DNA from: an uncultured Acidobacteriota bacterium
GTDB lineage: Bacteria > Acidobacteriota > Vicinamibacteria > Vicinamibacterales > 2-12-FULL-66-21
Assembly: GCA_963771395.1 (NCBI GenBank)
Contig: CAVYTY010000023.1
Location: 250,964 to 314,963 of the forward strand
Direction: 5' to 3'
Length of the DNA: 64,000 bases
Below, one piece after another: positions 1 through 10,800 of this stretch. The first letter of the stretch is position 1, and the number at the start of each line of letters is the position of its first letter. The position numbers and the translations under genes are program-made. The notes beneath the pieces were generated by a model. The model made no database searches. It saw only the letters and a program-made list of their open reading frames with translations, and had not been told where the DNA came from.

Positions 1-1
1 G

Positions 2-1198
2 GCGGAGCCGTACTTTGCCGTCTCGCAGCCGAGCGACGTGGTCGTCATGGAGAACGCGATCCGCGCCGACACGCGAGGAGTTGTTGAGCAGATCGACGCG
101 AAATACGAGCTCCTGACGCGCGGCACGTACCTGATGAACGCCGATCCGGATCGCCTAACCGTTCGTCGCCTGGATGGCAAGATACCGCTCGAACTGTACC
201 AGGCGCGCAATGCCGTCCAACTGTCGGAGTTCGCCGGCGCGGATCGCTACGCCGCCGAGTCGTTTCAGAAGGCCTCTCGCCTCCTGAGGCAGGCCGAAGA
301 CGCTCGCGAGCGGGACCGCGGGCGACGCTCAATCGTGATGCCTGCCCGAGAAGCCGCACAGACCGCCGAGGATGCCCGGTTGATCGCCCTCCACCGTCAG
401 GAGGAAGAGCGGGTTGCCAGGGCCCAGGAAGCAGCCGCCGCGCGCGAAGCCGACGCGATGGCGACAGCCCGGTCTGAATCGCGGCGGAGAGAGCAGGCCG
501 AAGCCGAGCGTGCCAGCGCCGAGCGGCGGAGACTCGACGCAGAGGCGGCGACGGAGCGGGCAATTCGTGAGCGACAGGCCGCGGAGGCAGCCCTGAGTGC
601 GGCCGAACGAGCGCGAGCCGAGGCCGAGCGCGCACAAGAGCGACTGGCGGCCGAGCGAGCCGCCGCGGAGGCCGCTCGTGCGGCTTCACAAGCCAGCGCT
701 GAAGACGCACGGCAGGCCGTAGCGAGGGCCGAGGCAGAAAAGGCTGACCTGCGCGAACGGCTGCAGCGTCAGTTGAACATCATCCTCGAGACGAGGGAGA
801 CGGCGCGCGGCCTCATCGTCAACGTCTCGGACGTGCTGTTCGACACCGGTCAGCACACGCTCAAGCCGGGCGCGCGCGAGAAGCTCGCAACCGTCGCGGG
901 CATCCTTCTGGCGTATCCCGACCTGAGCCTCGAAGTCGACGGCCACACCGACAGCGTCGGCAACGATGACTACAACCAGTCGCTGTCGGAGCGCCGTGCC
1001 GACGCGGTCCGCGGTTATCTCGTTCAGCAGGGCATTCCGACGACGGCGATCGCGGCTCATGGCTACGGAGAGTCACAGCCCGTTGCCTCGAACGATGTTC
1101 CCGCCGGACGACAGCAGAATCGACGTGTGGAGCTTGTCGTGTCGGGTGAGTCGATCGGTCGCCCGACGCCTGAGCCGGCTGCACTGCGTCGGCGGTGA
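2..1198 (+). CDS. OmpA-family protein (Ala/Glu/Arg coiled-coil middle, C-terminal OmpA-like peptidoglycan-binding domain); 5' end probably outside the window
   Basis: ORF 38..1198. The C-terminal LFDTGQHTLKP...LEVDGHTDSVGNDDYNQSLSERRADAVRGYL...NRRVELVV matches the OmpA_C signature. The frame stays open upstream to base 2. Confidence 0.85.
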   Translation, partial: AEPYFAVSQPSDVVVMENAIRADTRGVVEQIDAKYELLTRGTYLMNADPDRLTVRRLDGKIPLELYQARNAVQLSEFAGADRYAAESFQKASRLLRQAEDARERDRGRRSIVMPAREAAQTAEDARLIALHRQEEERVARAQEAAAAREADAMATARSESRRREQAEAERASAERRRLDAEAATERAIRERQAAEAALSAAERARAEAERAQERLAAERAAAEAARAASQASAEDARQAVARAEAEKADLRERLQRQLNIILETRETARGLIVNVSDVLFDTGQHTLKPGAREKLATVAGILLAYPDLSLEVDGHTDSVGNDDYNQSLSERRADAVRGYLVQQGIPTTAIAAHGYGESQPVASNDVPAGRQQNRRVELVVSGESIGRPTPEPAALRRR

Positions 1199-1341
1199 TC
1201 TCGGCGCCCGGTTGGTGGCACCCTGCAGGAGGCCCTGGGGCAGTCGAAGCCTCAGGGCCTTGCGTACCGCGACGGCACCGACACCGACGAACTCGTCTCG
1301 CGCCTCCGCAACAGCCTCACCATCGTCACGCCGACCGGCGC

Positions 1342-2555
1342 TCAGCCATCCTTGATCTGCTGCCAGGCGTCGAGAAGGGCGAGCGTCAGATCATGCGCGA
1401 ACTGCCGGATGCGCGTTTCGAGCCGCGCGAGTCCTTCGCGTTCCAAGAACCGCGTGCGTTCTGCCACGCTCGCCTCGTAGTCGTCGAAATTGGCGCTGCC
1501 GAGCTGTACCCCGGCGTCGAGGGCCACTTCGCGGAGCTCGTCCGCGGACGCGAGGTATGCGATGGAAAGTTCGCGCAACGTTGGATCCCAGGTTCTTGCC
1601 CACAACCCGAGAGCCCCCGCGTTGCCGGTTTCCCGCCCCGGCATGGCCACGAGCAGCCACTGGCGTATCCGGCCGAGTTGTTCCAGGCCTTCCACCACGC
1701 GAGACGACGCGGCGGTCAGGGGCACGTTGGCGCAGGTCTCGGCCCGTTGCGCGCTGACCTCCTTCACCTCGATGACGACGTCGTCATCGGCGGCCGCGGA
1801 GGGCCCCTCCGTTCGCGCGAGGAGCTTCCGGTTGAGGGCGCTGCCGATCCCCAACCGGAGCCAGCCAATCTTCTTGATCCGAAGGAAGGCCGGAGTGAAC
1901 TCAGGGTTGGTCTTCGACGCGTAGGTCTCGAGTTTCGGCCAGTCGACCTGCGTGTGTTCGGCTGGGGTCAGTGGCAACATCAAAGAATCGGCCCAGGCCA
2001 GGAACGCGTCCGGTGGCTTGACCGGCTCGGCCCGCAGCCGCGTCACGACGGTGGGGTCCTGAGGCAGGTAGGCCGGATCCTCGAGCCCAAGACGGTAGCC
2101 CTCGAAGAACGCATCGATGACCCTGGGAATGTCGCGATCCCACCCACGGGCCTTGGCCGTCAGTTCGAGTGAGCCCAGGAACCGGACGACGTCAATCGCA
2201 GCCGGCCCGCGGGCTGAGTCGTCGAAGTCGTCCAGCCCACGCGCCGTTGCTGTTATCGCGTGACCTGCTCGATGTGGGCGTCGCCGTGAAGGCGCGCCGT
2301 GGGCAGCATCGGGACCTCATCCGACAGCGCCTCGCAGGTTGCCTGGGTCCAGGCCTCGTTCACGAATCGGAAGAGTGCGAATGGACTGCTGGCCACTTTC
2401 CCGGCGAGTCCGGGAGCGGCGGAGAGGCGAGCACGATCCGGGATCAGCCGCGCCACAAATGCAGCGTGCCCACGGCCGGGTGGAGGAGTCATTCCGGGAC
2501 GGCATCCGGAGCATGTGACGAGAACAACCAGCAGGCAGGCCGCGAGATGTCGCAT
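1342..2555 (-). pseudogene. DUF2252-like (phosphotransferase-fold) lipoprotein gene interrupted by a frameshift near 2250-2265
   Basis: ORF 2253..2615 carries a lipobox-like MRHLAACLLVVLVTCSGC and LHGDAHIEQ. The continuation ...ARGLDDFDDSARGPAAIDVVRFLGSLEL...TRLRAEPVK runs in another frame into ORF 1342..2046. Confidence 0.55.
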
Positions 2556-2580
2556 AGCGAGCACGCAGACCAATCGTCGG

Positions 2581-2904
2581 CTAGAACGCGTCCTGGACCG
2601 CGAAGTAGACGGCACGCGAGCCGTCCATGCCCCAGCCGATCTCGAAACAGAGATTCGTCTTCGAGCGTTTGTTCAGCATCAGCCTGAAACCAAATCCCGC
2701 GCCGGTCGCGGAAGAGTCGAAGAGGTCCTCGCCTGTTTCCTTGCTGCCGAGCGTCTCGGTGTTGACGAAGCCTACCATCCCGACAGACTCGGTGGCCAAT
2801 GTGTCGCAGGTTATTACGGTCGATCGGTGGTTTTCTGATGGAACCGGCCGGGCTCGCACATAAGAGCAACGCGCACGAACCACGCAACCGACCTGGGGAA
2901 ACAA
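2581..2904 (-). CDS. orphan ORF, possible outer-membrane beta-barrel C-terminal fragment
   Basis: Ends ...GFGFRLMLNKRSKTNLCFEIGWGMDGSRAVYFAVQDAF, with alternating hydrophobics and a terminal Phe like an OMP beta-signal. The N-terminal half looks non-coding. Confidence 0.25.
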   Translation of the reverse strand: MFPQVGCVVRARCSYVRARPVPSENHRSTVITCDTLATESVGMVGFVNTETLGSKETGEDLFDSSATGAGFGFRLMLNKRSKTNLCFEIGWGMDGSRAVYFAVQDAF

Positions 2905-2922
2905 CTGGGCGGTCGGATGATG

Positions 2923-3909
2923 TTATCGACCGGGCTTCGGCAGGTCACCGAAATCCGGCATGTACGTCTTGAGACCTTTGGCCGACGTGTTCTTCGAATA
3001 CCCGGCGACGAGTTGTGCGTTGTAGCGGGCTGGAAAAAAATCAAAGGGATCGCTCGGGTCGGCGTCGATGAGTTGCAGGTCGGCGTCACGCATCGTCAGT
3101 TTTCCGAACGTGATGGTGCCGCCGCCGAAGTAGACGTAGTTGCGCGCGGAAGGCGACGGGGGCGTCAGGCGCGCCGGAGGACCCTTGGCCGGGTCGTCGA
3201 ACGTCTGCACCAGCTGGTTCCCCTTGACCACGACGCGCGTCAACCGGCCCAGGATCTCCGGCGGCGGCAGGATCTGGCCGACGGCAAGGACGATGTCGTT
3301 GTCCTGCACGTCCACGCCGCGGCGCTTCTTGAGGTCCACGACATCGTCGAGCTTCAGGCCGAAGAGGGCGAGCAGTCCTTTCGCGGGTACGCCGACTGCC
3401 TTCATCGACTCGACGTGCAGCCGGATCTGACCGTCAGCCGTCGTCGACACGCTGGCGGTCGTGGAAAATGGAATGGTTATCCCCTTGTGCAGCTTGCCGG
3501 TCATTTTCAGACGCTGGCCGTCAGGCTCGACGGTAATGTCTTTCAGCGGTGACCCTTCATAGGCAAAGACGTGGCGGTTCATCAGGTTCTGCAGACTGGT
3601 CATGTCGATCGACATTTCACCGGTCTGCAGGTGCAACACGTAGGACCGTTGATCGTCGAATACAGGCGGTGTGCCTTCTTTCCGGCTGACCATGATGCCC
3701 CGAAGCCGGCTGACGTCGAGCACGATTCCATCGTCCACGTGCAGCCGCACGTTCTTCATCTCGAGCTGAACACCCGCCGGTGCGGAGACGAGTGCGGCCG
3801 CCCCCGAGAGGTGCAGCAGGAGCCCGCAGCAAAGGATGGCGGCCCGCGGCGTCATCCCGGCTACCGGCGCAACCCATGTGCCGCGGCGCATTGACGATTT
3901 GCGAGGCAT
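2923..3909 (-). CDS. secreted hypothetical protein
   Basis: 328-aa ORF with a signal-like segment AAILCCGLLLHLSGAAALVSA. No family recognised. Confidence 0.6.
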   Translation of the reverse strand: MPRKSSMRRGTWVAPVAGMTPRAAILCCGLLLHLSGAAALVSAPAGVQLEMKNVRLHVDDGIVLDVSRLRGIMVSRKEGTPPVFDDQRSYVLHLQTGEMSIDMTSLQNLMNRHVFAYEGSPLKDITVEPDGQRLKMTGKLHKGITIPFSTTASVSTTADGQIRLHVESMKAVGVPAKGLLALFGLKLDDVVDLKKRRGVDVQDNDIVLAVGQILPPPEILGRLTRVVVKGNQLVQTFDDPAKGPPARLTPPSPSARNYVYFGGGTITFGKLTMRDADLQLIDADPSDPFDFFPARYNAQLVAGYSKNTSAKGLKTYMPDFGDLPKPGR

Positions 3910-4027
3910 TCGAGCACTCTGCGTCTGGACGCTTTTCCGTCATCGTAAGCGGTTTCGGCCGACGAACCCCATGGTTCAGCTGGTCTGCCAAAGTTGACCG
4001 CCTCCACCCAAGGTTAGACCAGCGTCC

Positions 4028-4159
4028 GCTATCGCAGCCAGCAACTGTCGGCGCGTCCGCCAGATCGGTACGCGGTGCAGCGTGTCGAACAGGCGCTCGG
4101 CCGCTGCTCCATCAACATTGCGGAAGGTTACCACTCCCAATTTGAATAACCGAGAACGT
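4028..4159 (+). pseudogene. remnant of a four-helix-bundle (23S rRNA IVS protein, PF05635-like) gene
   Basis: Start-less open frame ...DRYAVQRVEQALGRCSINIAEGYHSQFE*. S-I-x-NIAEG is the hallmark motif of the family. The frame is only about 43 codons long. Confidence 0.35.
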
Positions 4160-4177
4160 TGACGAAGACGACGTCGG

Positions 4178-7100
4178 TCAGATTCTCGCGAGGATCCCTT
4201 TGGCGTTCGTGTTGCGAAGCGTGCCGAGGGCCTGGCAGTAGACCGTCAGCTGCCGCCGGTAGCGTTCCAGGTCGGTTGAGAGCTCACGATCGGTCTTGAA
4301 ATCGACGACGGTCAGGCCGCTGAGGTCCTCGAACGCCAGGTCGATCGTTCCCTCGATGAGCGTGCCGTCAGGAGCTTTCCAGACGATCGGCAGCTCGCGG
4401 TCGCACCGCCCGTCGCGGTCGGCCTGCCGCACGCGGTCGAAAAGCGAATCCCGAAGCAACGACGTCACGACCTCGACGGCCGCGTAGACCTCCTCGTCGG
4501 CGTAGGCGTCCCGGCCAGCGGTCGGCAGAATCCGCGCCTGCGCGTGAGCAACGGCCGTGATCACCCGTTCGCTGGCGTCGAGTGGCACGGTTGCCAGCGT
4601 CGCATGCACGAGCGTCCCGAAGCGCGGGCCGAATGGCCGCCCGGCCGAGCGCGAGAAGTCGATCACTTCGATCTCCGGCGCCCCAGAAACGTCGTCGAAC
4701 GCGCGGTCGACCGCAACCGACGTCGCGGTGCGGACCCGTAGCGAAGGCACGCGTGCGCGCGCGACTGCCTCGTCGCGCTCGGCCCGCCACTGCTGGTACG
4801 CGGCCAGCCGTGCCGCCACGCCTGCCGGATCGCCGTCTTTCGAGATGAGGTCGTCTCTTCGCAGTCCGTAGCCCGAATCTGCGTCGAGGTTCAGCGCACG
4901 CGGATCCCACCAGACAACGGAATACGACTCGGAGTTCGGGGCTCGGGGCTCGGGGCTCGTGGTCGGGCCAAAGTGATAGCTTCCAGGTGCAACGGTTGTT
5001 GGTCGTGCCGGATCGTTGTCGGGTCGCGTGAGCACGGAGTCCCTGGACGGAAACACTGGACAGCCAACGCCTTGCGTGCGCGTCTCCCTGGCGAACAACG
5101 ACGGATTCACAGCCGGCATGAGCGGCTCGAGCCAGCCGCCCTCGTACACCTCGTCTCCGATGACCGGCACGACGAGCACGTCACGCGCGCGAGTGGCCGC
5201 GACGTAGGCCAGGCGCTGGCCTTCCGCCCGGTCCCGCTCTGCTTCCTCGGAGCCGTGCAGCAGGAGATCGGTCGGCGCCCAGCCCCCGAGCTTCAGTGCG
5301 CACAGACTGCCGCTCGGATTAATCCATCGGCCCGCGTCGGGGCGCGAGAGCTTGCACGTCAGGTCCGCGAGGATGACCACAGGGAACTCGAGGCCCTTGG
5401 CCTTGTGCACGGTCATCATGCGCACGCCGTCGCTGTCCTCCTCGAGAATCGGCGCCTCGGACGCCTGCGCCGTCTCCGCGGCCACCCGCAGCTCCTCGAC
5501 GAAGCCGCGGAACGAGATCCCGCCGCCCATTTCGTAGTGCCGCGCGAGCTCGGCGATGTGCAGGACGTTGGCGAGCGCCTGCTCCCCGCCGGTCCTGAGC
5601 GCGAACCCCACATGCGCGCGCGTGGCGGCGAGGAGCTCCGTCAGCGTTCCGGAGACACCACCCGACGTGCGTGCCGGCGCTCCACCGGTCTGCGCGCTGT
5701 CGTCCCCCTCGAGCTTGTGCACGTAGTTGCGATGCCTGTGCAGACGCTGCAGCAGCCACAAGCCTTCGGCGATCGGCCGCAGGTGCGCGATCTCGTCAGG
5801 CGTGTTCTCGTCGAACACCGGCGGCACGCGAAACGGATGGAAGATCCCGCGGTTGAACCTGTCGCCGGTGCGGCGTCCGAAATGGTGCGCCCACTCGAGC
5901 AGCTCTTCATCGCCGATGGCGAAGAATGGACCGCGCAGCGTGGCAAAGACCGACAACTCGTCGTCCGGCCACTCGATGGCGGTCAGCGCGGCGCGAATCG
6001 CCTCGACTTCCTCGCGCTCGTGGAACGCGCGCCCGCCGACGAGCACGTGAGGGATCCCGCGCGCTTCGAGCGCCTCGACGTAGGGACGCGTGACGTCGGC
6101 CTCCCAGCTCACGAAGCGCCGAAACAGCAGACAGATGTGCTTGGCCGAAACCTCGACCGGCGCGCTGCCGCTCCGTTCGGTGACCTTCCACTTGCTGTCC
6201 TTGACGATCCAGTCGACGAAAGCCCCCACCGCGCCCGGCAGCGACTGTTCGATGGCTCGGGCGGTGATGTAGCGCCGCGCGTACGGCTCAGGCACCGGCA
6301 GCGCCACGATCGACGGCTGTCCGGCGATCGCGGAACGATCGCGGGCGAGCGGGACATATCCGGCTTGGAGCGTGAGATCGTCGCCGGTCATGACGGGCGC
6401 AAACGCGGCGTTCACGAACGACTGAATCTCCGGCACGCTGCGAAAGCTCGTCTGCAAGTGGACGAGCGTTGCGCCCCAGTCCCGGACGCGTTGGCACACT
6501 TCGCGATAGATGGCGACGTCAGCGCGGCGGAACCGGTAGATCGATTGCTTCGGATCGCCGACCAGGAAGAGGCGCCCCGGTAACGGTTTTGCCTTGCGCC
6601 AGTCGGTCTCGCCAGGATCGTCGGCGGCAAGGAGCAGGAGGATCTCCGCCTGCAGGGGATCGGTATCCTGGAACTCGTCGACGAAGATGCGCTTGAAGCG
6701 CCTTTGAAACCCCTCGCGCACATGCTGGTTGTCGCGCACCAGGTTGCGCGCGACGAGGAGCAGGTCCAGAAAGTCGAGCGCGCCGCCCGCCGCCTTCATC
6801 TCCCCGTAACGATCGAGCCCGCCACGCAGTTCCTGCTGGAGGAGCGCGGCGAGGTCGGCGTCTGCCGCCATGCGGACCTGATCGAGACGCGCGCGAAGCT
6901 CGGCGAGCGCCGTTGAGACACGGTCCCGCAGCACGCCGTCGCGGTACGAGGCGCCGCGACCCGGCTTGACGTAGGCCAGCGTGCGGTCGCGTGAGAGATC
7001 GACGAGCCCGGCTTCCCAGCCGTCGTAGTCGACGGCGCCCACATCGCCAAAGGTCTGCTGCAGCCCGATCTCGTCGCTGAGCCGGCGGATCGGGTCGGTG

Positions 7101-7825
7101 CCCGTGAAGAGAGGATCGTTCTTCGATGTCGGATTGCGGGTGAGCTCGGCGACTTCGTGGAGCAGCGACACGAGCGACTCAATCTCGGCGTCGCGAGCGA
7201 AGGCGTTTCGCGTCCACGGTGCGGTGAAGTCGCGCCACTGCGCGAGCTCCCACGCCGCCTTCCGCAGGCGGTCCACTGGACCGTCCGCTCCGCCGAAGGC
7301 GGACCGGCGCAGCGCCCGTCGCACTCCTTCGGGCGGGTCCGCGAGCACCTCCTGGAGCCACCGCCCGAACGCCTCGTCGAACAGTCGTGCCGACGCGGGC
7401 TCGGTCAGGACTTCGAAGAGCGGATCCACGCCAGCCTCGACAGGACGCTCGCGCAGGAGGTCCGCACAGAACGCGTGAATCGTGCCGACGTGTGCCTCTT
7501 CGAGCTGCGTCAGCGCCAGGTCCAGACGCCGGCGCTCTTCGACGTCCTGTGCCGCGCTCATGCGCGCGTTGTCCAGCCGTTCCCGCAGCCGGAGCTTGAG
7601 CTCGCCGGCGGCTTTTTCCGTGAACGTGACCGCGACGATGTCGCGGACATCCGCCTTGCCGTCGGCGATGATGCGGACAATCCGGCCGACGAGCGCCGTC
7701 GTCTTACCCGTGCCGGCCGCGGCCTCGACGATGAGCGTCTCGTCGAGCGCTGTGGCGATGAGCTCGCGCGCCTGGCGATCGGTCAGCACTGGCTTGGCAC
7801 CGTGGCCCGAAATCTCTTCGCTCAT
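4178..7825 (-). CDS. addA: AddA-type UvrD helicase-nuclease subunit
   Basis: Walker A AAAGTGKT; UvrD motifs DEFQDTDP, VGDPKQSIYRFRRA, MTVHKAKGLEFPVV, LAYVAATRARD; C-terminal PD-(D/E)XK motif DLAFED...VVDFKTD. The ATG at 7825 overlaps the addB stop (ATGA). Confidence 0.9.
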   Translation of the reverse strand: MSEEISGHGAKPVLTDRQARELIATALDETLIVEAAAGTGKTTALVGRIVRIIADGKADVRDIVAVTFTEKAAGELKLRLRERLDNARMSAAQDVEERRRLDLALTQLEEAHVGTIHAFCADLLRERPVEAGVDPLFEVLTEPASARLFDEAFGRWLQEVLADPPEGVRRALRRSAFGGADGPVDRLRKAAWELAQWRDFTAPWTRNAFARDAEIESLVSLLHEVAELTRNPTSKNDPLFTGTDPIRRLSDEIGLQQTFGDVGAVDYDGWEAGLVDLSRDRTLAYVKPGRGASYRDGVLRDRVSTALAELRARLDQVRMAADADLAALLQQELRGGLDRYGEMKAAGGALDFLDLLLVARNLVRDNQHVREGFQRRFKRIFVDEFQDTDPLQAEILLLLAADDPGETDWRKAKPLPGRLFLVGDPKQSIYRFRRADVAIYREVCQRVRDWGATLVHLQTSFRSVPEIQSFVNAAFAPVMTGDDLTLQAGYVPLARDRSAIAGQPSIVALPVPEPYARRYITARAIEQSLPGAVGAFVDWIVKDSKWKVTERSGSAPVEVSAKHICLLFRRFVSWEADVTRPYVEALEARGIPHVLVGGRAFHEREEVEAIRAALTAIEWPDDELSVFATLRGPFFAIGDEELLEWAHHFGRRTGDRFNRGIFHPFRVPPVFDENTPDEIAHLRPIAEGLWLLQRLHRHRNYVHKLEGDDSAQTGGAPARTSGGVSGTLTELLAATRAHVGFALRTGGEQALANVLHIAELARHYEMGGGISFRGFVEELRVAAETAQASEAPILEEDSDGVRMMTVHKAKGLEFPVVILADLTCKLSRPDAGRWINPSGSLCALKLGGWAPTDLLLHGSEEAERDRAEGQRLAYVAATRARDVLVVPVIGDEVYEGGWLEPLMPAVNPSLFARETRTQGVGCPVFPSRDSVLTRPDNDPARPTTVAPGSYHFGPTTSPEPRAPNSESYSVVWWDPRALNLDADSGYGLRRDDLISKDGDPAGVAARLAAYQQWRAERDEAVARARVPSLRVRTATSVAVDRAFDDVSGAPEIEVIDFSRSAGRPFGPRFGTLVHATLATVPLDASERVITAVAHAQARILPTAGRDAYADEEVYAAVEVVTSLLRDSLFDRVRQADRDGRCDRELPIVWKAPDGTLIEGTIDLAFEDLSGLTVVDFKTDRELSTDLERYRRQLTVYCQALGTLRNTNAKGILARI

Positions 7826-10800
7826 GGCATTTCTCGCAGCGCCATCAGGTCGCCGAGTGGCTCCGCAGCCTTGCGCGCGACGTGTCTCGGCTCGTCGGGT
7901 CCGCAGATCAATCGAAAGTCGCACCACGTGCAGGCCCGGTCGGCAGGGGCCGCGGGCAGAAAGCCGAGCTCAATCGCGCGGTCGATAATCTCGAGTGCTT
8001 CGAGCCCGGCGCGACGGTTGGCCTCGGAGAGCGGAACCGGATGCTCGGCGAACCCTCCTGCAGTCGTCGCGTAGAAGAGCCGGCCCTCGCGGACGGGGCG
8101 CGCGAGGACCTTCTCGATGGCGAGCCCGTAGATGACCGGCTGCAGCGTACCGCCGCCGCCGATGACCGTCCTCGGCGTCGTCCGGTTGCGGCCGGTCTTG
8201 TGGTCGGTGATGCGCAGCTCCGGCAATCCGGCCTTCGTTTCGATGACGTCCACCGACCCGCGCAGGATGAAGCGGTCGTCGATCCGCACCGGCTCGGGCT
8301 GGCTGCGCTCGTCGCGGCCCTCGTCGGCGAGCCCGAAGCTGTACTCGAAGTACTCCGGCGTCCATGGCGCAGACTCCGGCAGCTTGCGGATCCACACGCG
8401 CAAGTCGCGTCCAATCGCCGCGATTTCGTCGCGCCACACGCGTTCGATGGCCGGCGCGAGCCGTTCCTTGTACGTCGAGGCCGTGGCTTCGAGCGCCGCG
8501 GCGAGCGCCTGCAACGCCTGCGGAACGCCCGCGGCCGTCAGCGGCAGGCGCTTGTCTCCGTGCAGCGCGCGCAGCACGCGCGCCTGCACTTCGTGGAAGA
8601 GCGAGCCACGCATCAGCGGGTCGAGGCGTTGCAGCGGTTCCGGCGGGTCGTTCGGCGCGAAGCGATAAATCGCCGACAGTACGAACTGGAACGGACACGT
8701 CGTGAACTTCTGGAGCGCCGAGACCGAGTACGGACGCGCCCCGAGACGCTGCGTGTCGAGCATCGGTTTGATTGCCGGCGTGACGCGCACGAGGCCGTCC
8801 TGCGCCAGCCACCGCGACCGCGCGCGCACCCATCGCCTGGTGACCGAACGGCGGAGCGCGGGGTTGAGCCCGAGGAGGTAGTGCGCGTGGCCGCGGACGG
8901 TCGTCCTGTCGGGCGTATCGATGAGCAGGCGCAGCGTCGCGAGATCGTGTTCGACCTCGTCGATCGCCTTCTCGGGCCGGGCCGGCGCGGGCCAGTCCAG
9001 CTTCGCGCCGCCGGCCATCGCCGCATCCCGCTGGAGCTCTTCGTGGTGCGGGATTCTGCCGACGATGGCGCGCATGATGTCGAGGACGTAGAAAGAAGGC
9101 ACGCGTGGCCGGGCGCCGCCGACGTCGAGGCGAGGATAGGACAGCCAGAGACGATCGGTTGCGGCGCCGATGGCGAGGTGGAGCAGCAACCGCTCCGTGT
9201 TCGTGCGATCCTCCTGGACCACGAGGTGCGTCCCGAGGTTGGTATCGAGCGGCTCGCGCATCTCCTTGTCGAGGAGCAGCGGATCTTCGCGCAGCTTCTG
9301 TGGAAAGAGGCGTTCGGCGAGGCCCGGCACGAACACCACCTTGAAGGCGCGGCCGCGCGCCTGGTGGGGGCTGCCGACAAAGACGCGGCCGTAACGGTCG
9401 GCGGGCGGCTGCTCGTCGAACGTGCGCAGGCGTTCGGCCAGCACGGCGCGCGCTTCTTCGAGCGCGATCGGTCCGATCGCGCTCATCGCGCGAAGCTCGC
9501 CGAGCACGCGCAGGACGCGCGCGGAGCGGCGCAGCACCCGTGGCGCCAGATCGCCGAAGCGCTCGAGCCACTCCCCCCACGTCGCCTCCGTGGGCCAGGA
9601 CGCGAGCGTCTCGACGATCGGGAGCGCGAAGTGGGCGAGGTGGGCGAGGTTCTGCCGATCGCGCTCGAGGCCGGCCAGCTTCGGCGATTCCGGGTCTTCC
9701 CGCAGCCGTTCCTCTTTGATCTGCGCCTCGTACCCCTCGCGCAGCCCGCGCAGCCTCCGCCGCCAGCGCTCGGGATCGCCCCCGATCACGGAGGCTTCGA
9801 CGATCAATCGTTCCCACTTCCACGGTGCGCGGAGGCCGCCTTCGACGACAGGTGCATTGGCGTCGGTGCCCTGTTGCCGCGGGCCCGCGTCGTCTGGAGC
9901 ATCGGGCGCGGTGTCGGCGCCGGCGAATCCAGCGACCACATCGTCGGCGGGCGGAAGGACATCCGAGGGCTGAGCCGCGCCGGCCTCGGGCACCTGTGCC
10001 AGCGACAGGTACTCGGCGAAGCGGATCGCCGAGAGGCGCTCGACTGCGCAGCTGAGGATCGCCAGGAATGCACGGCCCGACGGATGCGGCCGACGCGCGC
10101 CGCGATCGAACCACGCGCTGATGCCCGCCCGCTCGAACGCGTTCTCGACCAGGCCGAGGTATTCGCGCGGCGAGCGCAGGAACACCGCGATCTCGTCGAA
10201 TTGCACGCCCTCCCTGACCTCGTCGAGAATCCGCCGGGCGATTTCCACGCACTCGCGGCCTTCGCCGGGGGCCGAGAACAGTCGCACGTCGCCGCGCGCT
10301 TGCCGTTCAGGCGGCTGGCTCGGGGCAAAGAGTGAGCGTTGCAGCGCCGAGAGGTCCGAATCGCCGGGAGGCTCCCGGCGTTCGATCGGGGCACCGAGCG
10401 TCTCGAGATAGCCGAGCGTCGCAAGATCCCCGGAAGGCACCGTGATGAATGTCTCGGGCGCGGAGGCAATCAGTCGCCGCGCGAGCTCGAACTCGACCGC
10501 CGACTCCATCGGCACATCGAGAAGGAGGAGCGGCAGGCGGGAGACTGCGCCCACACCGTCGCAGGCGGCTGTGAAGAGGGCTGCGCGGCCGGTTGCCGAC
10601 GCCGCGGCGAACTGATCGTCGAAGCCCTGCAGGAGCCGCGCAAGGTCGGGTCCGCCGAGCGGAAGCTCCCGCAGTGCGGGCGGCTCGACACCCGCCATCG
10701 CCAGATCGTGGAGCGTGCGCGCGAGCGCGCGCGGGAATCCGGGCGTGCCGGCGACAGCGCCGAAGTAGGTGAGGCCCTCGTCCTGCCGGGCGTCGAATGT

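Noticed and set aside
2581-3909. Fusion of ORF 2923..3909 and ORF 2581..2904 (same frame, separated by a single TAA) into one outer-membrane protein.
   Set aside because: The ~45 residues after the stop (HHPTAQLFPQVGCVVRARCSYVRARP...) do not look like protein. Frame coincidence has a one-in-three chance. I cannot support it without homologues.
4925-4960. The tandem GGGGCTC x3 inside addA as a regulatory repeat.
   Set aside because: It lies within the coding sequence, encoding a Pro/Glu/Ser-rich linker (SPEPRAPNSES), and is too short to separate from ordinary low-complexity coding sequence.
7882-10335. Very long alternative-frame or antisense ORFs inside real genes (7882..10335 +, 7970..10252 -, 27999..30311 -, 24202..26412 -, 4973..6583 +, 48406..49596 -).
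   Set aside because: These are typical high-GC shadow ORFs: Arg/Ala/Pro/Gly-rich with no motifs. In each case another frame or strand carries unmistakable family motifs.
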